A DNA stretch of 64,000 nucleotides from the human T2T-CHM13v2.0 reference genome, Homo sapiens. Each line of letters opens with the position of its first letter. Within the stretch, counting starts at the first letter, position 1. The translations under genes were made by a program, and so were the position numbers. Below the pieces are notes generated by a model. The model was given only the letters and a program-made list of their open reading frames with translations, did not search any database and was not told the DNA's origin. Shown one piece after another: positions 14,934 through 31,581 of the stretch. The DNA lies in assembly GCF_009914755.1 (NCBI RefSeq), contig NC_060929.1; one strand, given 5' to 3'.

Positions 14934-16049
14934 CTTTAAACTATCAGAGGGCAGAGCTATGGGGATGATAACTATAATTGCAAGGGAGTCATTAGCTGTA
15001 ATAATGAGGGGTGTTACCCCAACTTCTATTTTTCCATTGCAAGGTCCATGTATCCCAGTCATGGGAAAACACCATTTCTTGCTCACTGGATCAGTGTATG
15101 TACTGCATCCTGGGGGACAGCACCCCAACCTTTCAAGCGTTGTCTCCTAATTGGCATTGTGGCTGATTCTTCAGTACATCATTCCACTCTTCTATAAGGC
15201 CAGTTACTTCTGCGTGATATAGTACCAGACTAGATACTGAAGCTCTTTAATGCCCAACCTACTGACCTGCATTTTTTACTATAATGTGAGTTCTTGCTAG
15301 GAAGCAATAGTAGCAATCAAGATTGGCAGAGAAGGCAAATCCAAATCCACTTTTAATCCCAGTGCTTCATCCATAAGGGAAAAGGTGCAATGTAATCAAC
15401 ATGCCATCAGGGCTCTGGCTGGCTCCTCTGGAGTATGTCACTTTTTCAGGGCTTAGGGCTGGTCGCTTATGTTAGCAAAGCTGGCACTCAGCTGTGGAAG
15501 CAGCCAGAGTAGCCTTGGGCAGTGTGAGCCTGTGGTGTAGGTCCTCTGCATATTCTGCACTGTTCTATCGTGGCTTTTTTATTTATGAACTCACTGCTCA
15601 GGCACTTGAACATCTGAGAAAGAAGACTGACAGTCCAGCAGTAGGTCGATGTGATTATTAAGTCTCCTCCACAGTAAGGTCTGTTGAGAATGCATTCACA
15701 TGAGATACGAATACTTCCCTTTCCGAGTTCTCCTTCATGTCTCCCCTTTAAGTTTCTTTGTCAATCATTCTCAATTTTATTTCCTTTATTTGTTAGCCAC
15801 TGCCCTGAAACTAATGTAAATTCTTACCTCAAAGTTAAAGTGGAAAAAAACCCTGCACTGATTGCAGATCTGCCTGCTAGGATGACCCCCTTCTCTGCTC
15901 TCCCAGCCTATTGCTGTGGCTGGGTTTGAACACTGCAGAATCTGTTTCTGGTTGCTGGCATCTCTCTGTAAGTCTGGCTTGCTTTTTTTTTTACGCCTTA
16001 GACGACTGATTATAGGCAACTCCTCATGAAGTTGCATGTGTGAATTTAA

Positions 16050-16200
16050 ATATGAATACCCTGCACCATTTACAAGGGTAACTGTATACTACAGGCATAT
16101 GTTTCAGAGATTGTTGGATACTGGTTCTAAGTTAACATTAATTCCTGGAAACATACACTACCACTGTGACCTACCAGTAAAAAATGGGGACTTATGTGGG
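16050..16200 (+). mobile_element. ERVL-type retroviral aspartyl protease remnant
   Basis: translation PFTRVTV...LLDTGSKLTLIPG...HCDLPVK contains the DTG catalytic motif and resembles HERV-L pro. Confidence 0.8.
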
Positions 16201-16415
16201 TTGGATGTGAGCAATCTGTCTGTGCAACTTATTTATACCTTCAGAATTTACTCAGTCTCAGCCTGAAATTAGTACGACCTGATTATGGAGTGCTGCTGGC
16301 ATGGTAGTTTTTACGGCTAGGTTAACCAGTTTATAATAAGTAGTTCAGGTTGCAAGTTACATGTTAAGATGACATAGTCAATCTCTACCTATACTCAATA
16401 GCAATTCAAGAACTC

Positions 16416-16716
16416 TTTTTTGTTTGTTTTCTTTTGTTTTTGGGACAGAGTCTCGCTCTGTTACCCAAGCTGGAGTGCAGTGTTGCAATCTCAGCTCACT
16501 GCAACCTCCGCCTCATTCAAGCGATTCTCCTGCCTCAGCCTCCTGAGTAGCTGAGATTACAGGTGTGTGCCACCATGCCTGGCTAATTTTTGTATTTTTA
16601 GTAGAGACGGGGTTTCACCATTTTGGTCAGCCTGATCTCGAACTCCTGACCTTGTGATCCACCCACCTCCACATCCCAAAGTGCTGGGATTACAGGTGTG
16701 AGACGCTGCTCCTGGC
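16416..16716 (-). mobile_element. AluS (Sg/Sc-like)
   Basis: reverse dimer with ctgaccttgtgatcc; TSD aagaactc at 16408-16415 and 16719-16726. Confidence 0.93.
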
Positions 16717-16788
16717 TTAAGAACTCGTTCTTAAGAGAAGTATAGTTGTTTGTCGAAATGGGTAATGCGTCGCTTTAAAACTGTAGGG

Positions 16789-17310
16789 CAGTACTCCCCA
16801 AATGCTTTGGCACCACGATTTTGTGGAAGACAATTTTTCCACAGACTGGGGGGTGGGGGAGTGGTTTTGAGATGACCCAATCACATTACATTTATTGTGC
16901 ACTTTATTTCTATTATTATTACATTGTAATATATAATGAAATAATTATACAAGTTACCATTAATGTAAAATCAGTGGGAGTCCTGAGCTCATTTTTCTGC
17001 AACTAAATGGTCCCATCTGGGGGTGATGGGAGTCAGTGACAGATCATCAGGAACTAGATTCTCATAAGGAGCTAAGGAGCGTGCAACCTAGATCCCTTCC
17101 AGGTGCAGTTCACAATAGGGTTCGCCCTCCTACAAATCTAATGCAGCCGCTGATCTGACAGGAGGTGGAGCTCAGGTGAAAATATGAGTGATGGGGAGCG
17201 GCTGTAAATACAGATAAAGCTTCTCTAGCCCACCGATCACCTCCTGCAGTGCAGCCTGGTTCCTAACAGGCCACAGAGTAGTACTGTGGCCCATGGTTTG
17301 GGGACCCCTG
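16789..17310 (+). mobile_element. MER1A hAT-Charlie element
   Basis: cag...tccccaa and ttggggacccctg termini; about 520 bp; degenerate 8-bp TSD ctgtaggg / ccgtaagg. Confidence 0.9.
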
Positions 17311-17964
17311 CCGTAAGGGATGCTGCTGAACTCCTGCCCTAGGGGATGCTTCCCAACTCTATTGAGTAACTCCACCTACCACAGAATTGTTGAGAAATTT
17401 CGCATTTGCTGGGTTGTAAGGGTCAAGTCCCAGAATGGCTTTCAATGTAGCCTAAATCCATTGGAGAAATTATCACTCAAAGGTGATAGCATTTTGTTAT
17501 TTGGAGCCTATCGTCTAAAAATATATCCTAATTTCCATCCTCCTCCCTCAAAAAAAAAAGTTGCCTGAAGTAAAACCCTTGTTTTGTATTTTTGTGAGAT
17601 TTATCCATTGCACTCTTAGTAAGATTTGCTGAAGTTACACAATACATTCTGCTCTGTAGATTCCAAAGTATGATGTAAACCACTATGATGTCCTCTGGCA
17701 TTATGAGACAGTCATTGAACACTGAATTGTACTACAGAATTGGGCAATTGTCTTAAAACTGCAGCAAGATGGTAAAGTTATCTATGTCCATACCAGGTAA
17801 AAGCAAATTTCTAAAAAGTTATTTTTTTATCCCAGAGAAAAACTATTAACTATGTTAATAGCTACAGGGAATTTACTAATTTGCTCCAATAAGTAGCAAA
17901 TAAAATCTATGTCTAGAGTAATAGCCGCATTTTGAATTACCACCAGATTTAGCTTACAAGATAC

Positions 17965-18450
17965 CTCTTGTATTTTTCCAGACCTATCCATTGTTTGCAT
18001 GACTGCAAATAAAGACCCTGTTTTGCTCTGTCCTTTTGTATGCTGACCTCTAAGAACTACATCACCTGGCTTCCCTTGATCTCTGGCTTCTTACTGGGTT
18101 TAGACCAATGGGATACCCCAGTGAAATTGTTGGGGAGTGAAGGAGGGCAGAGGTCAGGGATTTTATTTTCTCTTCTTTGTTTTTCTTTTGCCAGGGTCCT
18201 GGCTGGGACTGTATTCCTTTATGGCCATAGCTCCTCTTCTCTGACATTCTTGCTGGGCTATGATCGCACCTCTCCTTTTTCTTAATCCTTCAAGCTTAGA
18301 GATGATAATGGATTCTTGCTGTTATGTCTCATCATACCTTATTGATTCCTTAATCCTGTCTAGACCTCTGTAAACATTCTTTAATTAAATTTTCTTCAGT
18401 TAAAACCCTCTGAGTATTCTCTATTTTACTTACAAGGACCCTAACTGTTA
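17965..18450 (+). mobile_element. ERVL solo LTR (LTR33-like)
   Basis: gctgacctctaagaactacatcacctggcttcccttgatctctggcttc...ttcctttaattaaa-like signal...aggaccctaactg. Confidence 0.6.
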
Positions 18451-19135
18451 AAATTAGCTGTTCGTTTTCAGGACCTTCCATTAGGTAAGGCTGTTTTAGG
18501 TGTGCAACCAAATGATAAAGCTTTCATCAAATGAGGAAAAAGAGGCTGCTTTGGCTTCAAAGGGGCAGGGCTGGATGTTTGGGATCTCCAGATTCTCAAA
18601 TTCTCCTAAATAGCCACTCCGGTTCTTGGGGTCTCATTCTTTTCCATCTTTGCCCTAAATTTAAAATGAAAGTCCTAGTGAAGCTGTGAATTCAATCAAT
18701 GAAGTTTGTTTTTTAGGTACTCAGCCCTATGTCTCTAAGAGATAAAAGATTCTTTTAGCTCAGTGTGTGCTTTGAGATATGTGTAGGAATTTAACTTTGT
18801 TATACTCTCTTTTAAGCTGGTTGGAGTCAGTGAAGGCAGCCATCCATTCTTCAACATGAAATTACTCATATCCTTTATACTGTTCAATGACAGTGAAAGC
18901 TTTATTCCCCACAGCCTTGACCCCCAAAAGTGTTTTATTTTAAGTGATCCCAGGAGATATTTTAATGAGCAATTTCTCTCCTGTTTGCCATGAGCTGTAA
19001 GATTCCCCTTAATGAATGCTAGTGGGTTTTTTTTTTAACTGCCATTAGCCTGAATTGAGCCAGATGACCAATCCTAGAATTGCCCAATTCTTTAAGGGTC
19101 TGTTATCTACAATTCCATTCCCTGGTACCAAAATA

Positions 19136-19625
19136 TGTTTCAGTCAACATACTTAATTGCATGCAGCAGAAATTGCCTTTAGATAGCTTAAGCAGGAAAA
19201 AATATTTTTGAAGGAATAATGAATAGCTCACAGATTCCATTCTTGGGAAATGGACAGAAACCAAAAAGAAAATTAGCTTAAGTTGTGCCAAAGCAATAGT
19301 CTGGTTAGGACTCTATTATGGGACCATGCCATCGTCACTGATGAGTTCCTGTGTCACAAAATGCATGAGTAATTTCTCAACAGTTCCTGCAAATTTGCAT
19401 CACTTTGTCAGATTCTAAGTATTGAAAATCTCAGAATAGAGTATCTGATAGGCTGAGCCTAAGTTCTAGCTGATAATGAACAAGTGCAACTCAGGGGCTT
19501 GCCTCCCATCAAGGTTCACACAAAAGGGAATTAAAGGAAATTCTTGTCAATAAAAAGGGCATTAAGTTGCTGGTTAGCTAAAAATCAAGACAAAAACAAA
19601 AATGAATCAATCAGTATCTACTATA
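19136..19625 (-). mobile_element. Old MLT1 (J/K/L-like) LTR, probable 5' LTR of the internal region to its left
   Basis: tgtttcagtc...tgcatgcagcagaaa...agcttaagcaggaaaa...tctgataggctgagcctaag...tatctactata; directly abuts ggtaccaaaat internal start. Confidence 0.7.
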
Positions 19626-19786
19626 TTCATCCTACATACTTGACCCTATGAAGAATTCCTTTGTCGGGGCAATGTTTGAGGAGCAGTCAAGCAGACTGGC
19701 TACAGATTTTGGCTACAGTGACTCAAATATGAAAGTAATGAGTAAGTGCTACTGAGATCAGGTAAAAATAAAGAATTAAGAAAGCA

Positions 19787-20171
19787 TTTTTAATTATCAT
19801 GGACACATAATAGTAACACATTTTTGTGGGGTACATGTAATATTTTGATACAAGCATTTAATATATAACGATCAAATCAGGGTAATTGGGATATCTATCG
19901 CCTCAAGCAGTTATCATTTCTTTGTGTCAGGAACATTCCAATTCCACTCTTTTAGTTCTTTTGAGATATACGCTAAATTACCGTTAACTATATTGCATGT
20001 TCTCACTCATGTGTGGAAGCTAGGAAACACTGAACTCATGGAGATAGTAGAATGATGGTTACCAGCGGCTGGGAAGGGTGGTAGGAAAGAGTGCAGATAA
20101 AGAGGGGATGGTTAGTGAGTACAAAAATATAGTTAGATAGAAGGAATAAGATCTAAAGTTTGGTTGCACAA
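19787..20171 (-). mobile_element. L1MA-type 3' end with 5' inversion
   Basis: minus-strand L1MA 3' terminus 19787-19992, then the immediately upstream L1 3'UTR sequence on plus (19990-20171). Confidence 0.75.
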
Positions 20172-20277
20172 GAATTTTGTTTTTAATTGGTATTTTACCA
20201 TCTTTTTCATTGATAAAATTTCCTTTCTCTACATCAACTTTTGTTTCTCTGAGTCCATCAAAATTTTAAAATTGTAC

Positions 20278-24450
<4,173 letters not shown>

Positions 24451-24593
24451 TTGTACATTTTGTCTTGATTTTACTGCTTATAATTTCTTCCATTTTGATA
24501 AAATTGACTAATTTAGCCAAAGATATAATATTTTGATTCTCATCATTGAATAAATGCCATTTTTGTAAAAAATAAGGGTGTGTTCTACATTTC

Positions 24594-24680
24594 TTCTGGC
24601 ATTTTACCAACTCATTATCTAGAAATCATAGATTTCACATGTAATGAGCTCTCAAATTACCAGAATAATTCAAGATTTAT
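24594..24680 (+). repeat. 87-bp dispersed direct repeat, copy 1 (copy 2 at 28147-28233)
   Basis: ungapped alignment, 12 mismatches in 87 by hand count. Confidence 0.85.
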
Positions 24681-24844
24681 GAAAACTTTATATTTCTGTG
24701 GAAAACTTCCATTATGAACATGGTGGACTGCATTAGAAGATCACAGCATTTCCACTGAAGTACATGACTTTGTCTTTACTGGTGAGGCCAGCTTTTCCTT
24801 TGACAGCCAACTATGGAAAAAAAATAAACAATGTCGAGTAGCTA

Positions 24845-24891
24845 CATTATTTTTAATGGCAAAAATTGCAATTACTTTTGCACCAAACTAA
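24845..24891 (+). mobile_element. MADE1, right half
   Basis: cattatttttaatggcaaaaattgcaattacttttgcaccaaactaa followed by TA. Confidence 0.85.
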
Positions 24892-26039
24892 TATTTCTCT
24901 ACTATAAGAAGGGCTGATATTCAGGGACATTTGAGTGGGTCACAGAGAATATGCGGTGGGAGAGAAGGAGCCATGTTAAAATATCATATTGGTGTCTGGC
25001 TTTGCCTGTTCCCTCTCAACTTATAAAGTGGCTAAAAAAGCTATTCTTACTGCAATACACCCACAAAGGGGACATGAGCAGAAACTTTCATCCTTCTTGC
25101 TGGGTTGGCTCTGTGTTTCTGTTTCTTTTGAACCAGACAGTGTCATTTAGTATATGTATGATTACAAATGTCTCATTCCAAATCCTGGAGAGAGTAACTT
25201 GCATTTTAACATATATTGTCAAATAGCCAATTAAATAAGATTTTTCCATTTTTAAAGCAGTGTTATGGTGTTGTCTAGATAAAATTTCTGTCATCATATC
25301 ATACTGGAACATCTGTTGAATAGATATAACTGAACTTAAAATTATAAGGTGGTTAGGACATCAGATTTGGAATAGGATGAAAAACAAAGCAGGAAAACTT
25401 GAGGAGGCTCTAGAGTCTTCATTACTTATGGGATTAGTTTTTTTTTTAAATTACAGTTATAACTCAAACAGTTCCTTTTACATTTAAAAAGGAAGTCTTA
25501 AAGTATAAATTAATTTTAATGAGTAGTCTGTCTACTGATATACACATATATATCTTTAAAGACATTCCAGCTGTACTTATCAACATCTGGAAGCAGTACT
25601 GGGCAAACCACATGCTTAGTTCCTAACTTCAAACATTTTTTGAAAGGAATCTTTTGTAAACTTTGAAAGGAGCCTGTGAATAGTTACCAGAAAGGCACAC
25701 TTTTTAATGTATTATAATGTCTGAATTGTTAGTCAGATATCTGAAACTGTCAACTCTAGAGCAATTGGAGCTTAGCAAAAAGAGAAAAATATCAGCAAGA
25801 ATGCAGACAGATTAAAAGAGCTGAATATACTACTGTACTCTGTGAAAGCCTTTCTTTCTTTTTCTCCCCTTTTCTTTCATTTCTGTCCCTCTCTCTCTCT
25901 CTAAATCTTTCTCTTTCTTCCTTCTAAATTTCAGCAGCCACATAGATGGCACACGTTCCAAAAGATGAGGTTGATGATCCTTTGACCAATCAGAAGAATA
26001 ACAAATTTTATGGACAAGTGAAAGACTATTAGAACCCAG

Positions 26040-26345
26040 CTCCGCTGGAGGCCATTATCCAAAGCAAATTAATGTAGAAACAGAAAACCGAATACTTCAT
26101 GTTTTCACCTATAAGTGGAAGCTAACCATTGGGTACTCATGGACATAAAGGAGGCAACAATTGAAATTGGGGCCTACTGGAGGGGGGAAAGGATACAAAG
26201 TTTGAAAAGCTACTGGGTACTATACTCAGTACCTGGGTGATGGGCTCATTTGTACCCCAAATCTCAGCATCATGCAATATACCCAGGTAACAAACCTGTG
26301 TCAGAGGCATGTACCCTCTGACTCTAAAATAAAAGTTAAAATAAA
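26040..26345 (+). mobile_element. Old L1PA/L1PB 3' end fragment
   Basis: ctggaggccattatcc...cagaaaaccgaatac...tgtaccccaaatctcagcatcatgcaatatacc...ctaaaataaaagttaaa. Confidence 0.85.
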
Positions 26346-26401
26346 GAAACCACATGAGAAGATCAGAGTTAAGATAAATGAGTGGTATTAAAATGATGTT
26401 A

Positions 26402-26584
26402 GTCTGGGCTGTGTGGTTATGTTGTCCAGCCCGCCACCACTATACTGTATGGAAGGTGGGTATCTTCTCCAGCCTGCCACCACTAGACCATTTCTGTATG
26501 TAAGGCAGTTCTCCTGTCTAGCCCACTGCTGCTGGACTCTCTTTCCTGTATGTAAGCTCTTAATAAAATCCCATGTCTTGTTAA
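26402..26584 (+). mobile_element. ERV(L) LTR U3/R fragment flanked by 12-bp TSD
   Basis: three ccagcc..ccacca..tgtatg units; AATAAA at 26562; TSD aaaatgatgtta at 26390-26401 and 26585-26596. Confidence 0.75.
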
Positions 26585-26758
26585 AAAATGATGTTAATGA
26601 TAATTTTGACTATGGAACAAATAACATTATGATGGGGAAAAAATAAAATCCAGCTCTACATGTTGAGATGCATGGGAGAAGTGGACGGAAAAGGAAAGAA
26701 AAGAGAGGAAGAAAGGAAAAAGAGAAAATATGCTTCAGAGGAAATATTCTACCAACAA

Positions 26759-26800
26759 AACAGATGCTAACAGACCAGGAACAGATGCTAACAGACCAGA
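26759..26800. repeat. 21-bp tandem duplication
   Basis: aacagatgctaacagaccag(g/a) x2. Confidence 0.85.
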
Positions 26801-28146
26801 AGCTGAGAATAGATTGGTAAAAAATAGACAATGCAGAACTGGGTTCACAAGGTACATCAGAATCCATGAACTCACTAACTTGTTAATTCAAATCAGGTTT
26901 ATCAATATGATGTACCTGGCACTAGGAAAAGGCTGGAGGATTCAAAGGGGGAATAAATACTGTCCCCGTCTCTGTCCCCCAGGTGCATATTGATGATATT
27001 GGGGATGGGAATGGTGGACACATGTTTGCGATGTGTTTATGAGGCTGTATGCATGTAAGCAATACAGTAGGGATTCAAGGGAGGAGTTGTCACTTTTTCT
27101 TGGAAGAGGGGATCCTTTTCTAGACTTTCGAAGGATCCTTTTGAAATGAGCCTTTAAAATTGTGAACTTTTTTTGTTTCACATTTTTAAAATGAGTTTCT
27201 GGTACAGTCCAATGGAAGTATTCAAAATAAGAATTAATCACCATACCAGCCCCAATAATTAGTGATCATAATGCTGCCTGAGACACTTAAGAAAAGTTTT
27301 TGTGTTTAGTACAACTTGTTCTTTAAGCACAGTCTGGCATAGGACATTGAATTAATAATTGTGTAATGAGTGAACAAATATGGCAAAGTCCTTGTCACCC
27401 AAAGGATTATCCTTTGATTGCCTGGATAATGTAATACTCATATTTAGGCCCTCTGTATTACAGAATTGTGCATTGCATATCTAGATAGGGTATAGTTCAA
27501 CCTGTATCCCAGGACTACTGTAGCTCACTATTGAAAAATAAGCACATTTATATGTTAGGAAAGAAGAGTAGAAGAGTGTCGGAACTGGCATTGGATCAGT
27601 CATGTTTTCAGAAAAATATTACCTGTGATTGGGAAATAACAGTGTGCAGGGAATTGTGATACAGCCCTGGCCTTATATTGCTACTCAGGAGGCATCACAG
27701 AGGGAGAATGAAAATCATTTACAGAGGTATGAAATTAATCTGAGAAGGCTGCTTCAGTGATGTCTCATCCTCAGAGGAAGATGGATGAAGCAAGTGTCTG
27801 GAGACCTTTCCTGTCCATGGAGCCTGTAATGTGCTGGGATTTTGAATTCTGTGGAGCTGTAATTCCTCTAGTTGGCTGTGCATTCAGATTTTTAGTGCTC
27901 ATTCTAGACCCACTGCTCTGAGCCCAGGGCCAGGGACCCTATATTTATATAAAGTTCTCTAAATAACTTGGTTGATGAGCCAGGCTAATGATACATGAAT
28001 AGCATGTTAATCGTATTACCTATGTAGATGTCATTCTTTGATTCTAAAATATAAAGTTGTGAAACAGGCTGTTTCTTCATTAAACTCATCCATAAGTCAG
28101 TCAATGTTGATAAAGAGAAGAATATCCCACAACTCTAGGTTTAAGT

Positions 28147-28233
28147 TTCTGGCATTTTACCAACTTGTTATCTAGAAATTGTAGATTTTATATATAATAA
28201 ACTCTTAAATTACCACAGTAATTCAAGATTTAT
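28147..28233 (+). repeat. 87-bp dispersed direct repeat, copy 2
   Basis: matches 24594-24680. Confidence 0.85.
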
Positions 28234-28752
28234 AATGCGTAGTTTGCATTATGGGGCTCATATTTTCACCTAATGTTGTGGGGCTCTATAGCTCACTCTC
28301 TTGTAAGTTCACATTACCTGTCCCATTTATAGTCTGTGGGTGGGAAGTCATATTTTTTTTTTTTTGGTAATTCAGAATGCAGGTCAGAATGTTTGTGAGA
28401 ACTACTCACTCTGCAAATGGAATGCATTGCAGCATATAAATCCAAAATATTATGATTATTATTGTTGATGTTGTCTCTGCCTATTAATTACCTGAAGATC
28501 AGTTCATCCAGTAAAACCCAGCTTTAAAATTTAGATTATGAGACATCTATATAATGTTAAATGGCTAGCTATCCTTTTTTTAAAATTTGCCTTTTAATGT
28601 TTACATGATTAAATGTATGAGGTGCAAAATTGTAACATACAGATGAATAGGTCACACATATAAAAAGAGATGCTATCTGGATCATTCTCTAATTCTAAGG
28701 GAATGGTTGAGGAGAAATAACAGGAAATCTAAGTATACAAGTATGAAGCAAT

Positions 28753-28758
28753 TTTAAT
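28753..28758 (-). terminator. Candidate distal poly(A) signal of ACTBL2 (ATTAAA)
   Basis: minus strand cagtacATTAAAattgcttcatacttgtatac followed by U/GU-rich sequence; gives a transcript of about 2.8 kb, in line with my recollection of the gene size. Confidence 0.6.
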
Positions 28759-29769
28759 GTACTGAAAGCAAGTTATATAAAATAAAGTGTTTTTGGAGAT
28801 TAATTTTGGTTACATGCATTTTAAAGATTATGTTGTCAGATAAAGCCAATAAGGAATAATCAAATTATTTGAAAAGTATTACCTTAAACAAAAAATTCTT
28901 ACTGATTCCATTTTAAAGATTTATAACATAAGTACAAGTTTCCCAACTAAGAAAAAAAGAGAAGTGATTCCTTCCTCCAGAGTACCTTATAATGCCTGAA
29001 TAAGCAATCCAAATAAATATTTTAAATTTTCAGAAATTACCCTGAAAAATACAAATAATGCTGATATCCAAATATTCAGAAATCACTGCATAGATTGGAA
29101 TAAACATACTGGTACTTAAAATTGGTTAATAAATCATCACTGGAGTAACTAAAATATTTTAGACATTATAGGAACATACATTGATATTTTCAAAGATGTT
29201 AGTATCTCAGAGACACTTTGCATAAATAAGTATTGCTAGTTACTGGACATAATAAAGTAGAATTATTCTAAAAGCTTTCCAAGGATAAAACTGTGTTAGT
29301 ATACTGGTAGTAAAATGTATAATTAATAAAGATGCTGCAGCTATATTTTCCCACAGTGAAATCCTTGCACAAGAGAAGTATCTGTAATCCTGGTCTACAG
29401 AAATTATTTAAGATGTGCTATTACACTAAGAAATAGAAATAAAATTACCTCTGTCAAATTGTACCATAATGACATTAATTTGATATTATAATATCTATCT
29501 CTCTTAAGAATTAGACATTGTCTGTAGTTTTGGTATGAGAAGGTTCAGTAAGAAAGATATTAAAATATAATTTGACCAGCAGAACTCCACTATGAGCTGA
29601 AAATTTAGATGATTTATAAACATTAATGGAATGGTGGCTGTCTCATTATGCTTATTTAGTAAGGGAAACAATTAAAATATGTACCTAGTACAACGATGAC
29701 TTTTGGGAGTAAAGAAATTCACATTAGCTGTTCAGATAGCTAGATACATCAGCATATTTCACAATATAT

Positions 29770-29775
29770 TTTATT
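29770..29775 (-). terminator. Candidate proximal poly(A) signal (AATAAA) in ACTBL2 3'UTR
   Basis: tttatt on plus; weak downstream element. Confidence 0.3.
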
Positions 29776-30294
29776 TCCCTGGTGCTTATGTATATATGGA
29801 TATTATTGAACTTTATAATTCATTATCTCCATACAAAGAAGTAAACAAAACAAAGATACTTAACTAGTAAGACACGGCTGCTAAATGCATACGCACCTTT
29901 TTTTTTTAAACAAGTTTATACAGCCTGTTCTTGTTAAATATTTTAGCGAGAACTAAGTTTTAAAGCTTGATAATTATAGTTATCCATTCTGAAATGACAT
30001 TTCTCGTGATTTTACTCCTTGTCACTTATATGTATTTAAGCTGGCCTACCTATCTTTGAACAGTATAGGCAAAGAAAAAGGAATATGGTATTAGAATTCA
30101 CCTTCACTTGATGGAGAACCGGATGTGGTTATCTGGGTAAGAGCCCAGGTTACTTGGATGGAGAGATGGGTTTGCTGGTTTACACTAGGAAGAGTGACGT
30201 ATTTACCTCGATTCTACTGAAAGCGGATAAAAGCAGTACCATCACTGTGACCTAGGAAAAGGGAAAATGTAAGCCCACTAATATGGAAGCCCAT

Positions 30295-31521
<1,227 letters not shown>

Positions 31522-31553
31522 TCAGACACGGGAGGCTGCACCGGGACCACAGG

Positions 31554-31581
31554 TATTTAAAGGAACACACTGACTCCGCCC
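31554..31581 (-). promoter_or_regulatory. ACTBL2 core promoter: TATA-like TTTAAATA (31554-31561) and GC box GGGCGGAG (31574-31581)
   Basis: minus strand atGGGCGGAGtcagtgtgttccTTTAAATAcc, about 130-155 nt upstream of ATG; predicts TSS near 31527. Confidence 0.65.

Larger units (their letters stand above)
14330..19135 (-). mobile_element. Degraded ERVL/ERVL-MaLR internal region (gag, RT, RNase H and integrase remnants), interrupted by later insertions
   Basis: minus-strand remnants: integrase IHGPCNGKIEVGVTPLIIT (ORF 14820-15128); WQVDYI-like tggcatgttgattacatt near 15400; RT PEDIIVVYI near 17690; PYNPA near 17415; internal start attttggtacc next to the LTR. Confidence 0.7.
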
